In this document: positions 1 through 7,945 of the stretch, piece after piece
Layout: every line of letters begins with the position of its first letter
Numbering within the stretch: the first letter of the stretch is position 1
Source of the DNA: Micrococcales bacterium
GTDB taxonomy: Bacteria; Actinomycetota; Actinomycetes; Actinomycetales; Dermatophilaceae
Reading direction: 5' to 3'
Assembly (NCBI GenBank): GCA_030452775.1
Contig: JAKDLQ010000001.1
Location: 1-36,668 of the forward strand
DNA length: 36,668 nt
The notes under the pieces: generated by a model
Databases searched by the model: none
What the model was told of the DNA's origin: nothing
Seen by the model: the letters and a program-made list of their open reading frames with translations, nothing else
Position numbers and translations under genes: made by a program

Positions 1-1
1 C

Positions 2-544
2 CTGGCTGCGACCGAGGGCGATGCGCGAGCACTGATCATCGGCGCGATCCAGCGAGGGCTCGTCCGGGCTGACGACCTCGCGCACTGGATCGAGGCTCGC
101 CAGCCGCGAGGCCGGAGGGTGCTGCGCCGGGCCCTCGTCGAGGCCATGGCAGGTGTGTGGTCCGTCCCGGAAGGCGATCTCATCGCCCTCCTGTGTACCT
201 CGACCGTGCTCCCCGAGCCCATTGCGAACCCGTTCCTCGAAGACGACTGCGGCAGACGCCTCACGACCCCGGACGTCTGGATCGATGACGTCGCCCTCGC
301 CGTCATGGTCCACAGCCGCCAGTTCCACGAAGGCGTGGACCAGTGGGAGCAGACGGTGATGAGCGATACCGACCTCACGGCCGCCCGGGTCGTGGTCGTC
401 ACCGTCACGCCAGCGTCGCTAGCCAGCAACCCAGCTAGCATCCTCAGGCGAGTGGAAGCGGCCTACGTCGAGGCGCGCCGAATCGGATTTCGGGCCCCGG
501 TGAGAGCCACGCCGCGCCATGGCCCGATCCGGCCCGCTTCGTGA
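2..544 (+). CDS. C-terminal part of a DUF559/Vsr-like (restriction-endonuclease-fold) domain protein; the 5' end lies outside the window
   Basis: The frame of ORF 119..544 stays open back to base 2. The tail ...WSVPEGDLIALL...PDVWIDDVALAVMVHSRQFHEG...VVVVTVTP looks like the conserved actinobacterial DUF559-type C-terminal domain. Confidence 0.5.
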   Translation: MAATEGDARALIIGAIQRGLVRADDLAHWIEARQPRGRRVLRRALVEAMAGVWSVPEGDLIALLCTSTVLPEPIANPFLEDDCGRRLTTPDVWIDDVALAVMVHSRQFHEGVDQWEQTVMSDTDLTAARVVVVTVTPASLASNPASILRRVEAAYVEARRIGFRAPVRATPRHGPIRPAS

Positions 545-620
545 GCCGCGCGTCGCCCACCCCCAGGTCGATCACCCTGCGTCGCGGACCAGGTCGCCTC
601 TGGTGTTGTCCTGGCGACAC

Positions 621-659
621 CAGGCGCGACCTGACCTGCGACATCAGGCGCGACCTGAC
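621..659. repeat. 15-nt direct repeat caggcgcgacctgac x2 (621-635 and 645-659) inside a cluster of ACCTGA(C/G) hexamers extending to about 690
   Basis: Read directly in the spacer between the DUF559-like stop (544) and the amidohydrolase ATG (718). Confidence 0.6.
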
Positions 660-717
660 ACCTGAGCGAGGCCTGACCGGCTACCTGAGGTGCACATGGC
701 TGGGTAGGGTCGCGGAT

Positions 718-1806
718 ATGGCTGCACCGGTGCTTCATGTCAGTGGTCGGATCCTCGTCGGCCCGGAGGAGACGTGCGATGAGATCTGGGTCATCGGCGG
801 CAAGATCTCGCTGACCCCACCGGCCTCCGGGACCGAGGTCCAGACGCTCGAGGGATGGGCGCTTCCCGGACTCGTCGATGCCCACTGCCACATCGGGCTG
901 GGTCCGCTCGGCGAGGTCGGTCGCGAGGAGACCGAGCAGCAGGCGATCACCAACAGGGAGCGCGGGATCCTCCTCGCGCGGGACGCCGGCCAGCCCGGTG
1001 ACACGCGCTGGATCGATCACCGCGACGACCTGCCCAAGGTCGTCCGCGCCGGCCGGCACATCGCGCAAACCCGGCGCTACCTTCGAGGCTTCGGTCACGA
1101 GGTCGAGGAGGACCAGCTCGTGAAGTACGTCCGGCTCGAGGCCCACAGGAGTGACGGCTGGGTCAAGCTCGTCGGCGACTGGATCGACCGCGAGGTCGGT
1201 GACCTGACTCCGTCGTGGGGGCCGCAGGCAGTCGCCGATGCGATCACGGCCGCCCACGAGGAGGGGGTCCGGGTCACCGCGCACTGCTTCGGCGAGCAGT
1301 CCCTGCGCGACCTCGCCGCGGCCGGAATCGACTGCATCGAGCACGCGACTGGTCTGCGAGAGGACACGATCGATCTCTTCGCCGAGCAGGGCATCGCCAT
1401 CGTGCCGACCTTGGTCAACATCGCCCACTTCCCGGACATGGCGGCCCCGGCGAGGGAGAAGTACCCCCGCTACCACGAGCACATGCTCGATCTGCATGCG
1501 CGGCGACACGCGACGATCGGGGCAGCCCACGAGGCGGGGATCCCGATCTATGTCGGCACCGACGCCGGTGGCAGTCTCCCGCACGGCCTCGTCGCCCAGG
1601 AGATGGCCGAGCTCGTCACAGCCGGACTCACCCCGATCGAGGCGATCTCGGCCGGCACGTGGGGCGCGCGGGAGTGGCTCGACCGGCCCGGCATCGCGGA
1701 GGGGCAGGATGCCGACCTGGTCGTCTACGCAGCCGATCCGAGAGAGGACATGTCCGTCATCGCCACCCCCGAGGTGGTCGTTCTCAGGGGGCGGGTTGTC
1801 AGCTGA
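718..1806 (+). CDS. Metal-dependent amidohydrolase family protein
   Basis: ORF 541..1806. The start was moved to ATG 718 (MAAPVLHVSGRILVG) because the 59 upstream codons are Arg/Cys/Trp-rich and not protein-like. Motifs GLVDAHCHIG (HxH), VTAHCF, IEHAT and GTDAGG are typical of the amidohydrolase superfamily. Confidence 0.85.
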   Translation: MAAPVLHVSGRILVGPEETCDEIWVIGGKISLTPPASGTEVQTLEGWALPGLVDAHCHIGLGPLGEVGREETEQQAITNRERGILLARDAGQPGDTRWIDHRDDLPKVVRAGRHIAQTRRYLRGFGHEVEEDQLVKYVRLEAHRSDGWVKLVGDWIDREVGDLTPSWGPQAVADAITAAHEEGVRVTAHCFGEQSLRDLAAAGIDCIEHATGLREDTIDLFAEQGIAIVPTLVNIAHFPDMAAPAREKYPRYHEHMLDLHARRHATIGAAHEAGIPIYVGTDAGGSLPHGLVAQEMAELVTAGLTPIEAISAGTWGAREWLDRPGIAEGQDADLVVYAADPREDMSVIATPEVVVLRGRVVS

Positions 1807-1837
1807 GACCACCCCGTTCACGGCCGTGGGGGACGCC

Positions 1838-2704
1838 GTGGAGGTTCGCCCGCCGACGGAGGCCGACACGGCGGCATACATCGAGGCGGTGACCCGATCC
1901 GCGCCTCGCCTGTCCGCCTTCGCGATCCCCGACCCGACCAATCTTCCCTCGATCGTGGCGGCACAGTCACCTGCCTACCGCACGTTCATGGTCTGGGCCC
2001 GCGACCCCGAGGACGGGCATGGTCTCGTCGGGCGGATCAATGTCGCCAACGTCGTCCAGGGAGCCTTCCGCAGCGCGACGATCGGATATGACTCCTACGA
2101 CCCGTATGCCGGTCGCGGCCTGTTCGGTGAAGGGCTCGCCCTCACGATCTCCCTCGTCTTCGCCGATCCACCAGAGGGTATGGGTCTGCACCGCGTCGAG
2201 GCGAACGTCCAACCGGCCAACACGCGATCGATGGGACTGGTGCGCAGTCTCGGCTTCGTCCACGAGGGCTTTTCCCGTCACTTCCTCTACCTGCCGGGGA
2301 AGGGCGGCCGGCGCGAGTGGCGTGACCACGAACGCTTCGCGATGCTCGAATCAGACTGGCCCGCAGCGCCCTTCCGACCCCACCGTCCACGCCGGATGAC
2401 ACTGGTCGTCAACGGGGCCCTCTCGCTCGAGGCCAAGTCGCTTGCCGCCCTCGTCGCCGCCGAGCTGTCCCTGCCGCTCTACTCGGTGCGCGCCGTACCC
2501 GATGTCGCGAGGCTCTGGGAGCTGCTGAGAGCATCGCCCATCGGGGGCGTCGTCGAGTGCCACGTGTCCCCGACCGAGCTGCGGATCGGCCTGGCACGGG
2601 CCGGCTTCGAGCCACGAAAGGCGGCTGTCGTCGAGCCCGTCGCGGCCCCGACGAAGCAGCAGGTCACCGAGATCGCGCTACGGGTGCGAGCGGCATACTC
2701 CTGA
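1838..2704 (+). CDS. GNAT N-acetyltransferase (RimJ/RimL-like) with a ~100-aa C-terminal extension resembling a degenerate P-loop kinase N-terminus
   Basis: 3' part of ORF 1238..2704. GTG 1838 is preceded by gggggac; alternative starts are GTG 1826 and TTG 1796. The GNAT core is LVGRINVANVVQGAFRSATIGY...GRGLFGEGL...LHRVEANVQPANTRSMGLVRSLGF. The extension starts at MTLVVNGALSLEAKSLAALVAAELSLPL (2396 onward). Confidence 0.8.
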   Translation: MEVRPPTEADTAAYIEAVTRSAPRLSAFAIPDPTNLPSIVAAQSPAYRTFMVWARDPEDGHGLVGRINVANVVQGAFRSATIGYDSYDPYAGRGLFGEGLALTISLVFADPPEGMGLHRVEANVQPANTRSMGLVRSLGFVHEGFSRHFLYLPGKGGRREWRDHERFAMLESDWPAAPFRPHRPRRMTLVVNGALSLEAKSLAALVAAELSLPLYSVRAVPDVARLWELLRASPIGGVVECHVSPTELRIGLARAGFEPRKAAVVEPVAAPTKQQVTEIALRVRAAYS

Positions 2705-2881
2705 TCGAGGCCGGCACGTGGTTCGGAGGCTGCCGCGGGATCTGGCACAATGGGCGGCTGTACCCGTCGGGCAGGACCTCTCTCGCCTGACCCGGACGCC
2801 TACATTCGAGTGCCGGTACCCCGCGTGTTCCCCACCCGGTCTTGCCGTGCTCACCACACAGAAACAGGAGACACCACAACT

Positions 2882-3487
2882 GTGGCCGTCAAGATTCGTC
2901 TGAAGCGCATGGGCAAGATCCGTGCACCGTTCTACCGCGTTGTCGTCATGGACTCGCGCACCAAGCGCGATGGCCGGGCCATCGAGGAGATCGGCAAGTA
3001 CCACCCCACCGAGGAGCCGTCGCTCATCGACATCGACGGCGAGCGCGCGCAGTACTGGCTGCGCCAGGGCGCGCAGCCCACCGAGACGGTTGCGGCGCTG
3101 CTCAAGGTCACCGGTGACTGGCAGGCCGCCAAGGGCCTCGACGGCGCTGAGGGCACACTCAAGGTCAAGCCCGAGAAGACCTCCAAGAGGGACCTGTACG
3201 AGGCGGCCCTGGCTGCTGCAGGCGGTTCGACCGTGGACCGGGACGAGCACTCGTCGACAAAGAAGGCCGAGAAGAAGGCCGAGAAGAAGGCCGAGAAGAA
3301 GGCTCCCAAGGCTGACAGGCCCCCCGAGGCCGAGCAGTCCAAGCCGGCCCACGAGCCCGCAGCCAAGGGTGACGAGGCTTCGGACAACCAGGCCGACACC
3401 AAGGCACAAGGTGGCGACACCGCTGAGGCCGCGGATTCGGTCGAGCCCGCCGCTTCGGTCGAGCCCGCAGCCTCGGTCGAGGCCTGA
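2882..3487 (+). CDS. rpsP: 30S ribosomal protein S16 with a long low-complexity C-terminal tail
   Basis: GTG 2882 is preceded by aaacaggagac. [42 protein letters not shown] is canonical S16. Confidence 0.95.
   Translation: MAVKIRLKRMGKIRAPFYRVVVMDSRTKRDGRAIEEIGKYHPTEEPSLIDIDGERAQYWLRQGAQPTETVAALLKVTGDWQAAKGLDGAEGTLKVKPEKTSKRDLYEAALAAAGGSTVDRDEHSSTKKAEKKAEKKAEKKAPKADRPPEAEQSKPAHEPAAKGDEASDNQADTKAQGGDTAEAADSVEPAASVEPAASVEA
3260..3307 (+). repeat. In-frame 12-nt tandem repeat aagaaggccgag x ~4 (KKAE)n in the S16 tail
   Basis: Read directly; in frame with rpsP. Confidence 0.9.
3437..3484 (+). repeat. In-frame 18-nt tandem repeat tcggtcgagcccgcNgcN x ~2.7 (SVEPAA)n at the S16 C-terminus
   Basis: Read directly; ends at the rpsP stop. 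Confidence 0.9.
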
Positions 3488-3489
3488 TC

Positions 3490-3732
3490 ATGATCGAGGA
3501 GGCACTCGAGCACCTCGTCAAGGGGATCGTCGATCATGACGAGGACGTCGTCGTGCGCCGCAAGGAGCTGCGCCACGGCGAGTTGCTCGAAGTTCGGGTG
3601 CACCCTGACGACCTGGGTCGCATCATCGGCCGTTCGGGTCGTACAGCCGGCGCGCTGCGCACGGTGGTCGGCGCGCTCGCAGACAGTGGCAACGTGCGAG
3701 TCGACATCGTCGACACCGATCGCGTGCGCTGA
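3490..3732 (+). CDS. KH-domain RNA-binding protein (UPF0109/KhpA-like)
   Basis: 80 aa with the GxxG KH motif GRIIGRSGRTAGALRTV. Conserved position between rpsP and rimM. Confidence 0.9.
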   Translation: MIEEALEHLVKGIVDHDEDVVVRRKELRHGELLEVRVHPDDLGRIIGRSGRTAGALRTVVGALADSGNVRVDIVDTDRVR

Positions 3733-3760
3733 CGGCGGCCGCCACTGCGGCCCACACATC

Positions 3761-3800
3761 GAGTGGCCCCGTCGTCCACCTGTGGATGACGGGGCCACTC
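3761..3800 (+). other. Strong stem-loop (19-nt arms, one G-U) between the KH gene and rimM
   Basis: gagtggccccgtcgtccac ct gtggatgacggggccactc; there is no U-tract after it. Confidence 0.7.
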
Positions 3801-3874
3801 GAGTGGTCCTGGGTGGGTGGTGCCGTCAATCGCCAGGTGGCGTCGTGCTCGAGGCGGCTGAGAGGATCGCGCCC

Positions 3875-4426
3875 ATGAGTGGCGACACGGTGGTGATGGC
3901 GCGGATCGGGCGACCGCATGGGCTGCACGGCGAGGTGACCGTCCAGCTGCATACAGACGACCCCGAGAGGCGCCTTGCCATCGGCAACGTCCTCGACACC
4001 GAGGCCCAGCGAGGCCTCGGCGTGCCGCGACGCTTGACGGTCCGATCCACGCGGGTCCATAACGGGATCTGGCTGGTCGCCTTCGAGGAGATCTCCGACC
4101 GGACGGGCGCCGAGGGACTACGCGGGACCAGGCTCGTGCTCGACGCGGAGCTCGCGGCCGACACCGACGACGATGACGATGACGATGACGAGGGTTGGCA
4201 CGAGGACGACCTCGTCGGGCTCGAGGTCCGGGATCCCGTGGGTGCGGTGCTCGGCTCCGTGACCGGGCTCGAGATCGGGACGGCCCAGGACCGCCTCGTC
4301 ATCGAGCTCACGGACGGGGTGAGGGCCCATGTGCCGTTCGTCGAGGCCATCGTTCCCGAAGTCACGGAAAGCCACGTCGTCATCGACGCGCCGCCCGGCT
4401 TGTTCGACCTCTATCGCAACGCCTGA
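3875..4426 (+). CDS. rimM: 16S rRNA processing protein RimM
   Basis: Within ORF 3536..4426; ATG 3875 (MSGDTVVMARIGRPHGLHGEVTVQLHTDDPERR). Contains a poly-Asp insertion. Confidence 0.9.
   Translation: MSGDTVVMARIGRPHGLHGEVTVQLHTDDPERRLAIGNVLDTEAQRGLGVPRRLTVRSTRVHNGIWLVAFEEISDRTGAEGLRGTRLVLDAELAADTDDDDDDDDEGWHEDDLVGLEVRDPVGAVLGSVTGLEIGTAQDRLVIELTDGVRAHVPFVEAIVPEVTESHVVIDAPPGLFDLYRNA
4166..4189 (+). repeat. (gac/gat)8 poly-Asp run inside rimM
   Basis: ADTDDDDDDDDEGW; read directly. Confidence 0.9.
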
Positions 4427-4481
4427 GGCGTCGAAGCGCAGCATCAACTGGGTCGTGTCGACGGTGTCGACAGATGAGGAG

Positions 4482-5165
4482 TCAAGGGAGCAGAGTGGCT
4501 ATGGCGAAGCCGTCCCAGCCCTTCGACCCGACGGTCTGCAGCGCGGTGGCCTCGACTCGGCCCTGCGCCACGGCTCGTCCGACCGCCTCGGTGAGAGCTC
4601 TCGCCCCCACGACATCCGGATCGTTGTCCCCCTCGTCGATGACCCGGCCCTGCTTGACGACGTTGTCGACGATGACGATGCCGCCGGGTCGGACCAGCCG
4701 CAGCGCCCAGTCCCAGTAGTGCGGGTTGTTCTGCTTGTCCGCGTCGATGAAGGCGAGGTCGAACCGGTCGGGGCTCATCTTCTTCGCCACGGCGGGAAGG
4801 GTGTCGAGGGCCTTGCCGACTCGCACCTCGACCCGATGACCGAGTCCGGCCCGGTCGAGGTTGGCACGGGCGATGTCAGCATGCTCCTCGGAGGCCTCCA
4901 GCGTGACGAGCCGCCCGTCCACCGGCAGCGTCCGGGCGAGCAGGATCGTCGAGAAGCCGAACAGGGTGCCGATCTCGAGGATCCGCCGGGCCCCGATCGC
5001 GCGTGCCAAGACCGTGAGGAAGCCGCCCTGCAGCTCGGAGACCTGGATCTGCGGGAGTGATCCCCCGGCGGCAACGGCGGCACTCAGTGCGTCATCGGGC
5101 GAGCGCAGCCGCTCGGCGAACCACGAGTCGACGACGCTCCAGGTGTCGGATTCCATACCCACCAT
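4482..5165 (-). CDS. Class I SAM-dependent O-methyltransferase (caffeoyl-CoA OMT/YrrM-like)
   Basis: ORF 4482..5273; start taken at ATG 5165 (gagggg upstream), alternative 5156. Motifs [34 protein letters not shown]. Confidence 0.85.
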   Translation of the reverse strand: MVGMESDTWSVVDSWFAERLRSPDDALSAAVAAGGSLPQIQVSELQGGFLTVLARAIGARRILEIGTLFGFSTILLARTLPVDGRLVTLEASEEHADIARANLDRAGLGHRVEVRVGKALDTLPAVAKKMSPDRFDLAFIDADKQNNPHYWDWALRLVRPGGIVIVDNVVKQGRVIDEGDNDPDVVGARALTEAVGRAVAQGRVEATALQTVGSKGWDGFAIATLLP

Positions 5166-5238
5166 GGTGGTCCCCTCGGTCGCGGCGCGCCAGAGGCTCG
5201 GAGAAACCCATCGGAAGAGACAAAACCCGACTGGCAGA

Positions 5239-6441
5239 ATGTCGGCCATGCCCGAGGCGCAGCGGATCGACATCGTGTCGATCTTCCCCGACTACCTCGC
5301 CCCGCTCGACCTCTCGCTCATCGGCAAGGCCCGAGCGGACGGGGTGCTCGAGCTGCACGTGCACGACCTGCGAGACTTCACCCACGACCGGCACCGGACG
5401 GTGGACGACACGCCCTACGGCGGGGGGGCCGGGATGGTCATGAGGCCCCAGCCCTGGGCCGAGTCCCTCGACTACATCCTCGCGCAGGACGACTCGGGAG
5501 CCAAGCCGCACCTCATCGTGCCCGGACCCGGCGGCGCCCGCTTCACTCAGGCCATGGCTCGCGAGCTGGCCCGGCAGCCCTGGCTCGCCTTCGCCTGCGG
5601 CCGCTACGAGGGTATCGACGAGCGAGTCCAGGACCATGCCCGAGACGACCTCGGTCTCGAGGTGTCCGTGATCAGCCTCGGCGACTACGTCGTGAGCGGC
5701 GGAGAGGTCGCCGCCCTGGCCATGGTGGAGGCCATCGCCAGGCTCATCCCCGGGGTCATCGGCAACGTCGAGTCACTTCTCGAGGAGTCGCACGAGGATG
5801 GGCTGCTCGAGTATCCCGTCTACACCAAGCCTCGCGTCTGGAACGGCCGCGCGGTCCCCGAAGTCCTGCTCTCGGGCAACCACGCCGCCATCGCCGCGTG
5901 GCGACAGGAGCAGCGCCTGGCCCGCACCGCGGCCCGCCGCCCCGACCTGCTGCCCGCCTCGCACGGCGACCAGCAGATCGAGATCCGGCTCGCAACCCCA
6001 GGCGACGTGCCCGAGCTCTTCACCCTGACCAGGGCCTGCTGGGTGCGCGAGGCGGACGCGGGCGGCATCCTCGACATTCCCGCCATCACCGAGCCGATCG
6101 AGACGCTCCTCGCCAGTCTCGACACGACCCGGACGTGGGTCGCACGCAAGGCCGGTCGCCTCATCGGCTCGGTCCGCGCCGAGAGAGGCGGCGACACGTG
6201 GCACATCAGCCGGCTCATGATCGCCCCCGACCTGCGGGGCCGGGGACTCGGGCGCCACCTCCTCGAGCACGCGGAGCGCAGCGCGCCCAGCTGCATACGG
6301 CAGTTCGCCCTCGTGGCGGGAGGCGGTAGCGAGGCCAACCTGCGCCTGTTCAAGCGGGCGGGCTACCGCCGAGGGCTAGGAGAGCCATCGGTCCCCGGGC
6401 TGATCGACCTCATCAAGCGACGGCGATCAGGAGACCAGTGA
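5239..6441 (+). CDS. trmD: tRNA (guanine37-N1)-methyltransferase TrmD fused to a C-terminal GNAT acetyltransferase domain
   Basis: Within ORF 4861..6441; ATG 5239 (or 5248). TrmD part, aa 1-238 (5239-5952): [54 protein letters not shown] part, aa ~246-400 (5974-6438): [10 protein letters not shown]..., [27 protein letters not shown]. No stop codon between the two parts. Confidence 0.9.
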   Translation: MSAMPEAQRIDIVSIFPDYLAPLDLSLIGKARADGVLELHVHDLRDFTHDRHRTVDDTPYGGGAGMVMRPQPWAESLDYILAQDDSGAKPHLIVPGPGGARFTQAMARELARQPWLAFACGRYEGIDERVQDHARDDLGLEVSVISLGDYVVSGGEVAALAMVEAIARLIPGVIGNVESLLEESHEDGLLEYPVYTKPRVWNGRAVPEVLLSGNHAAIAAWRQEQRLARTAARRPDLLPASHGDQQIEIRLATPGDVPELFTLTRACWVREADAGGILDIPAITEPIETLLASLDTTRTWVARKAGRLIGSVRAERGGDTWHISRLMIAPDLRGRGLGRHLLEHAERSAPSCIRQFALVAGGGSEANLRLFKRAGYRRGLGEPSVPGLIDLIKRRRSGDQ

Positions 6442-6524
6442 CGTCTCGAGATCGGCGCACAGCAGTCGCCGGCCACGGATCAGGCGCGCCCGCACCGGGC
6501 TGCCTCCGGCGAGCAAGCAACAAG

Positions 6525-6596
6525 GTATGCCGCTGCGCCGGCTCCCAGCCGTGCGCCGGGTCGCGGGCGGGGCCGGGACCGCGCGGAGCGGCATAC
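6525..6596 (+). other. Long imperfect hairpin in the 338-nt spacer upstream of rplS, closed by a perfect 10-bp stem gtatgccgct/agcggcatac
   Basis: Read directly. The inner GC-rich arms gcgc/gcgc and ccggctccc/ggggccgg partly pair. Confidence 0.6.
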
Positions 6597-6779
6597 GGAA
6601 GGCGCCGATTTCGGCTATCGCGCACCCTCTGGCAGACTGGTCGACTGCGTCCGGCATTCGACGGCCCCTGCCACAGGGGGAGTCGAGTCACGGCTCGTGC
6701 TCGTGGCTCACGTGGCCCGATGGACGCGACCTTCGACAGTCAGTCCGGTGGCCTGTGGCGCCGAGGAAAGCGACACATC

Positions 6780-7175
6780 ATGCACACGTTCGACGATCTC
6801 AACGAGGCCTCGCTGCGCTCCGATGTCCCCGATTTCCGGGCGGGCGACACGGTCCGGGTCCATGTCAAGGTCATCGAGGGCACGCGCTCGCGTGTCCAGA
6901 TCTTCCAGGGCGTCGTCATCCGCCGACACGGCGGTGGCGTCGGCGAGACGTTCACGGTCCGCAAGATCTCCTTCGGCGTCGGCGTCGAGCGCACCTTCCC
7001 GCTTCACACCCCCATCATCGACCGGATCGAGCTCGTCAGCCGCGGTGATGTGCGGCGAGCCAAGCTCTACTACCTGCGCGGCCTGCATGGCAAGGCTGCG
7101 AAGATCCGCGAGAAGCGCGAGTCGGCGCCGGCCAAGTCGTCCACCCCGGCCAAGTCGTCCACCCCGGCCGGCTGA
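6780..7175 (+). CDS. rplS: 50S ribosomal protein L19
   Basis: Within ORF 6438..7175; ATG 6780 after gaggaaag. [47 protein letters not shown] is canonical L19. Confidence 0.95.
   Translation: MHTFDDLNEASLRSDVPDFRAGDTVRVHVKVIEGTRSRVQIFQGVVIRRHGGGVGETFTVRKISFGVGVERTFPLHTPIIDRIELVSRGDVRRAKLYYLRGLHGKAAKIREKRESAPAKSSTPAKSSTPAG
7128..7169 (+). repeat. In-frame 18-nt tandem repeat ccggccaagtcgtccacc x 2.3 (PAKSST)n at the L19 C-terminus
   Basis: Read directly; two perfect copies. Confidence 0.9.
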
Positions 7176-7216
7176 CCCGCCTTTGACGCGAGGCCCGAGC
7201 ACAGGCGCCGACGCGC

Positions 7217-7945
7217 GTGCCTGACCAGAACGCCGGACAGGGTACGGCGGGCGTCCCCGCACAGCCGACCATCCCGGGCCGGTCCACCAGGGACTCCGGG
7301 CGTCGGGATCGTTGGATGCGCTGGCTGGTGCCTCCGGCCGTCGTCCTGCTGCTCGTCGTCATCGTCCGGGCGCTGCTCATCGCCCCGTTCTCGATCCCGA
7401 CCGGCTCGATGGAGCCCACCCTCGAGGTGGGCGACCGGATCCTTGTCAACCGCACCGTCAATCCGCCCGAGTTGGGCCGCGGAGACATCGTTGTCTTCGA
7501 CGCGGCGCAGGCGTTCGGCCTCGAGGCTAGAGGCGCCGGGCTGGTGCAGACCCTGGTCGGGGCGGCCGGGAGTCTCATCGGCGCCGGCCCGGAGACCGAC
7601 TACGTCAAGCGCGTCATCGGTCTGCCGGGGGACCACGTCGTGTGCTGTGGGCCGGATGGTCGGGTCGCGGTCAACGGAGCCCCTGTCGACGAGCCCTACG
7701 TCTACCCGGGAGACGAGCCGAGCAGCCATCCCTTCGATGTGACGGTCCCGGACGGAAGCCTCTGGGTGATGGGCGACCACCGTTCGAGATCGGCCGATTC
7801 ACGGGCATACCTCGGAAGACCCGGAGGGGGCATGGTCCCGATGGACGACGTCATCGGCAAGGTTTGGGTGCGATACTGGCCGCCCGATCGAGTCGGCTCG
7901 ATCGGCTCTGCCCATCGCTTCTCGACTCCACGAAACGGTACGTGA
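7217..7945 (+). CDS. lepB: Signal peptidase I (copy 1)
   Basis: SIPTGSMEPTL (catalytic Ser), KRVIGLPGDH (Lys), VMGDHRSRSADSR. Confidence 0.9.
   Translation: MPDQNAGQGTAGVPAQPTIPGRSTRDSGRRDRWMRWLVPPAVVLLLVVIVRALLIAPFSIPTGSMEPTLEVGDRILVNRTVNPPELGRGDIVVFDAAQAFGLEARGAGLVQTLVGAAGSLIGAGPETDYVKRVIGLPGDHVVCCGPDGRVAVNGAPVDEPYVYPGDEPSSHPFDVTVPDGSLWVMGDHRSRSADSRAYLGRPGGGMVPMDDVIGKVWVRYWPPDRVGSIGSAHRFSTPRNGT

Noticed and set aside
541-717. N-terminal 59 codons of ORF 541..1806
   Set aside because: The composition is Arg/Cys/Trp-rich and the stretch contains the direct-repeat array. The amidohydrolase homology begins at ATG 718.
463-1941. 492-aa ORF on the minus strand
   Set aside because: It is antisense to the amidohydrolase gene. 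The translation is Arg/Gly/Asp/Pro-rich with no recognisable motif, a typical shadow ORF of a high-GC gene.
4861-5238. 126-codon extension upstream of trmD in ORF 4861..6441
   Set aside because: It is antisense to the O-methyltransferase gene. The TrmD homology starts at [19 protein letters not shown].
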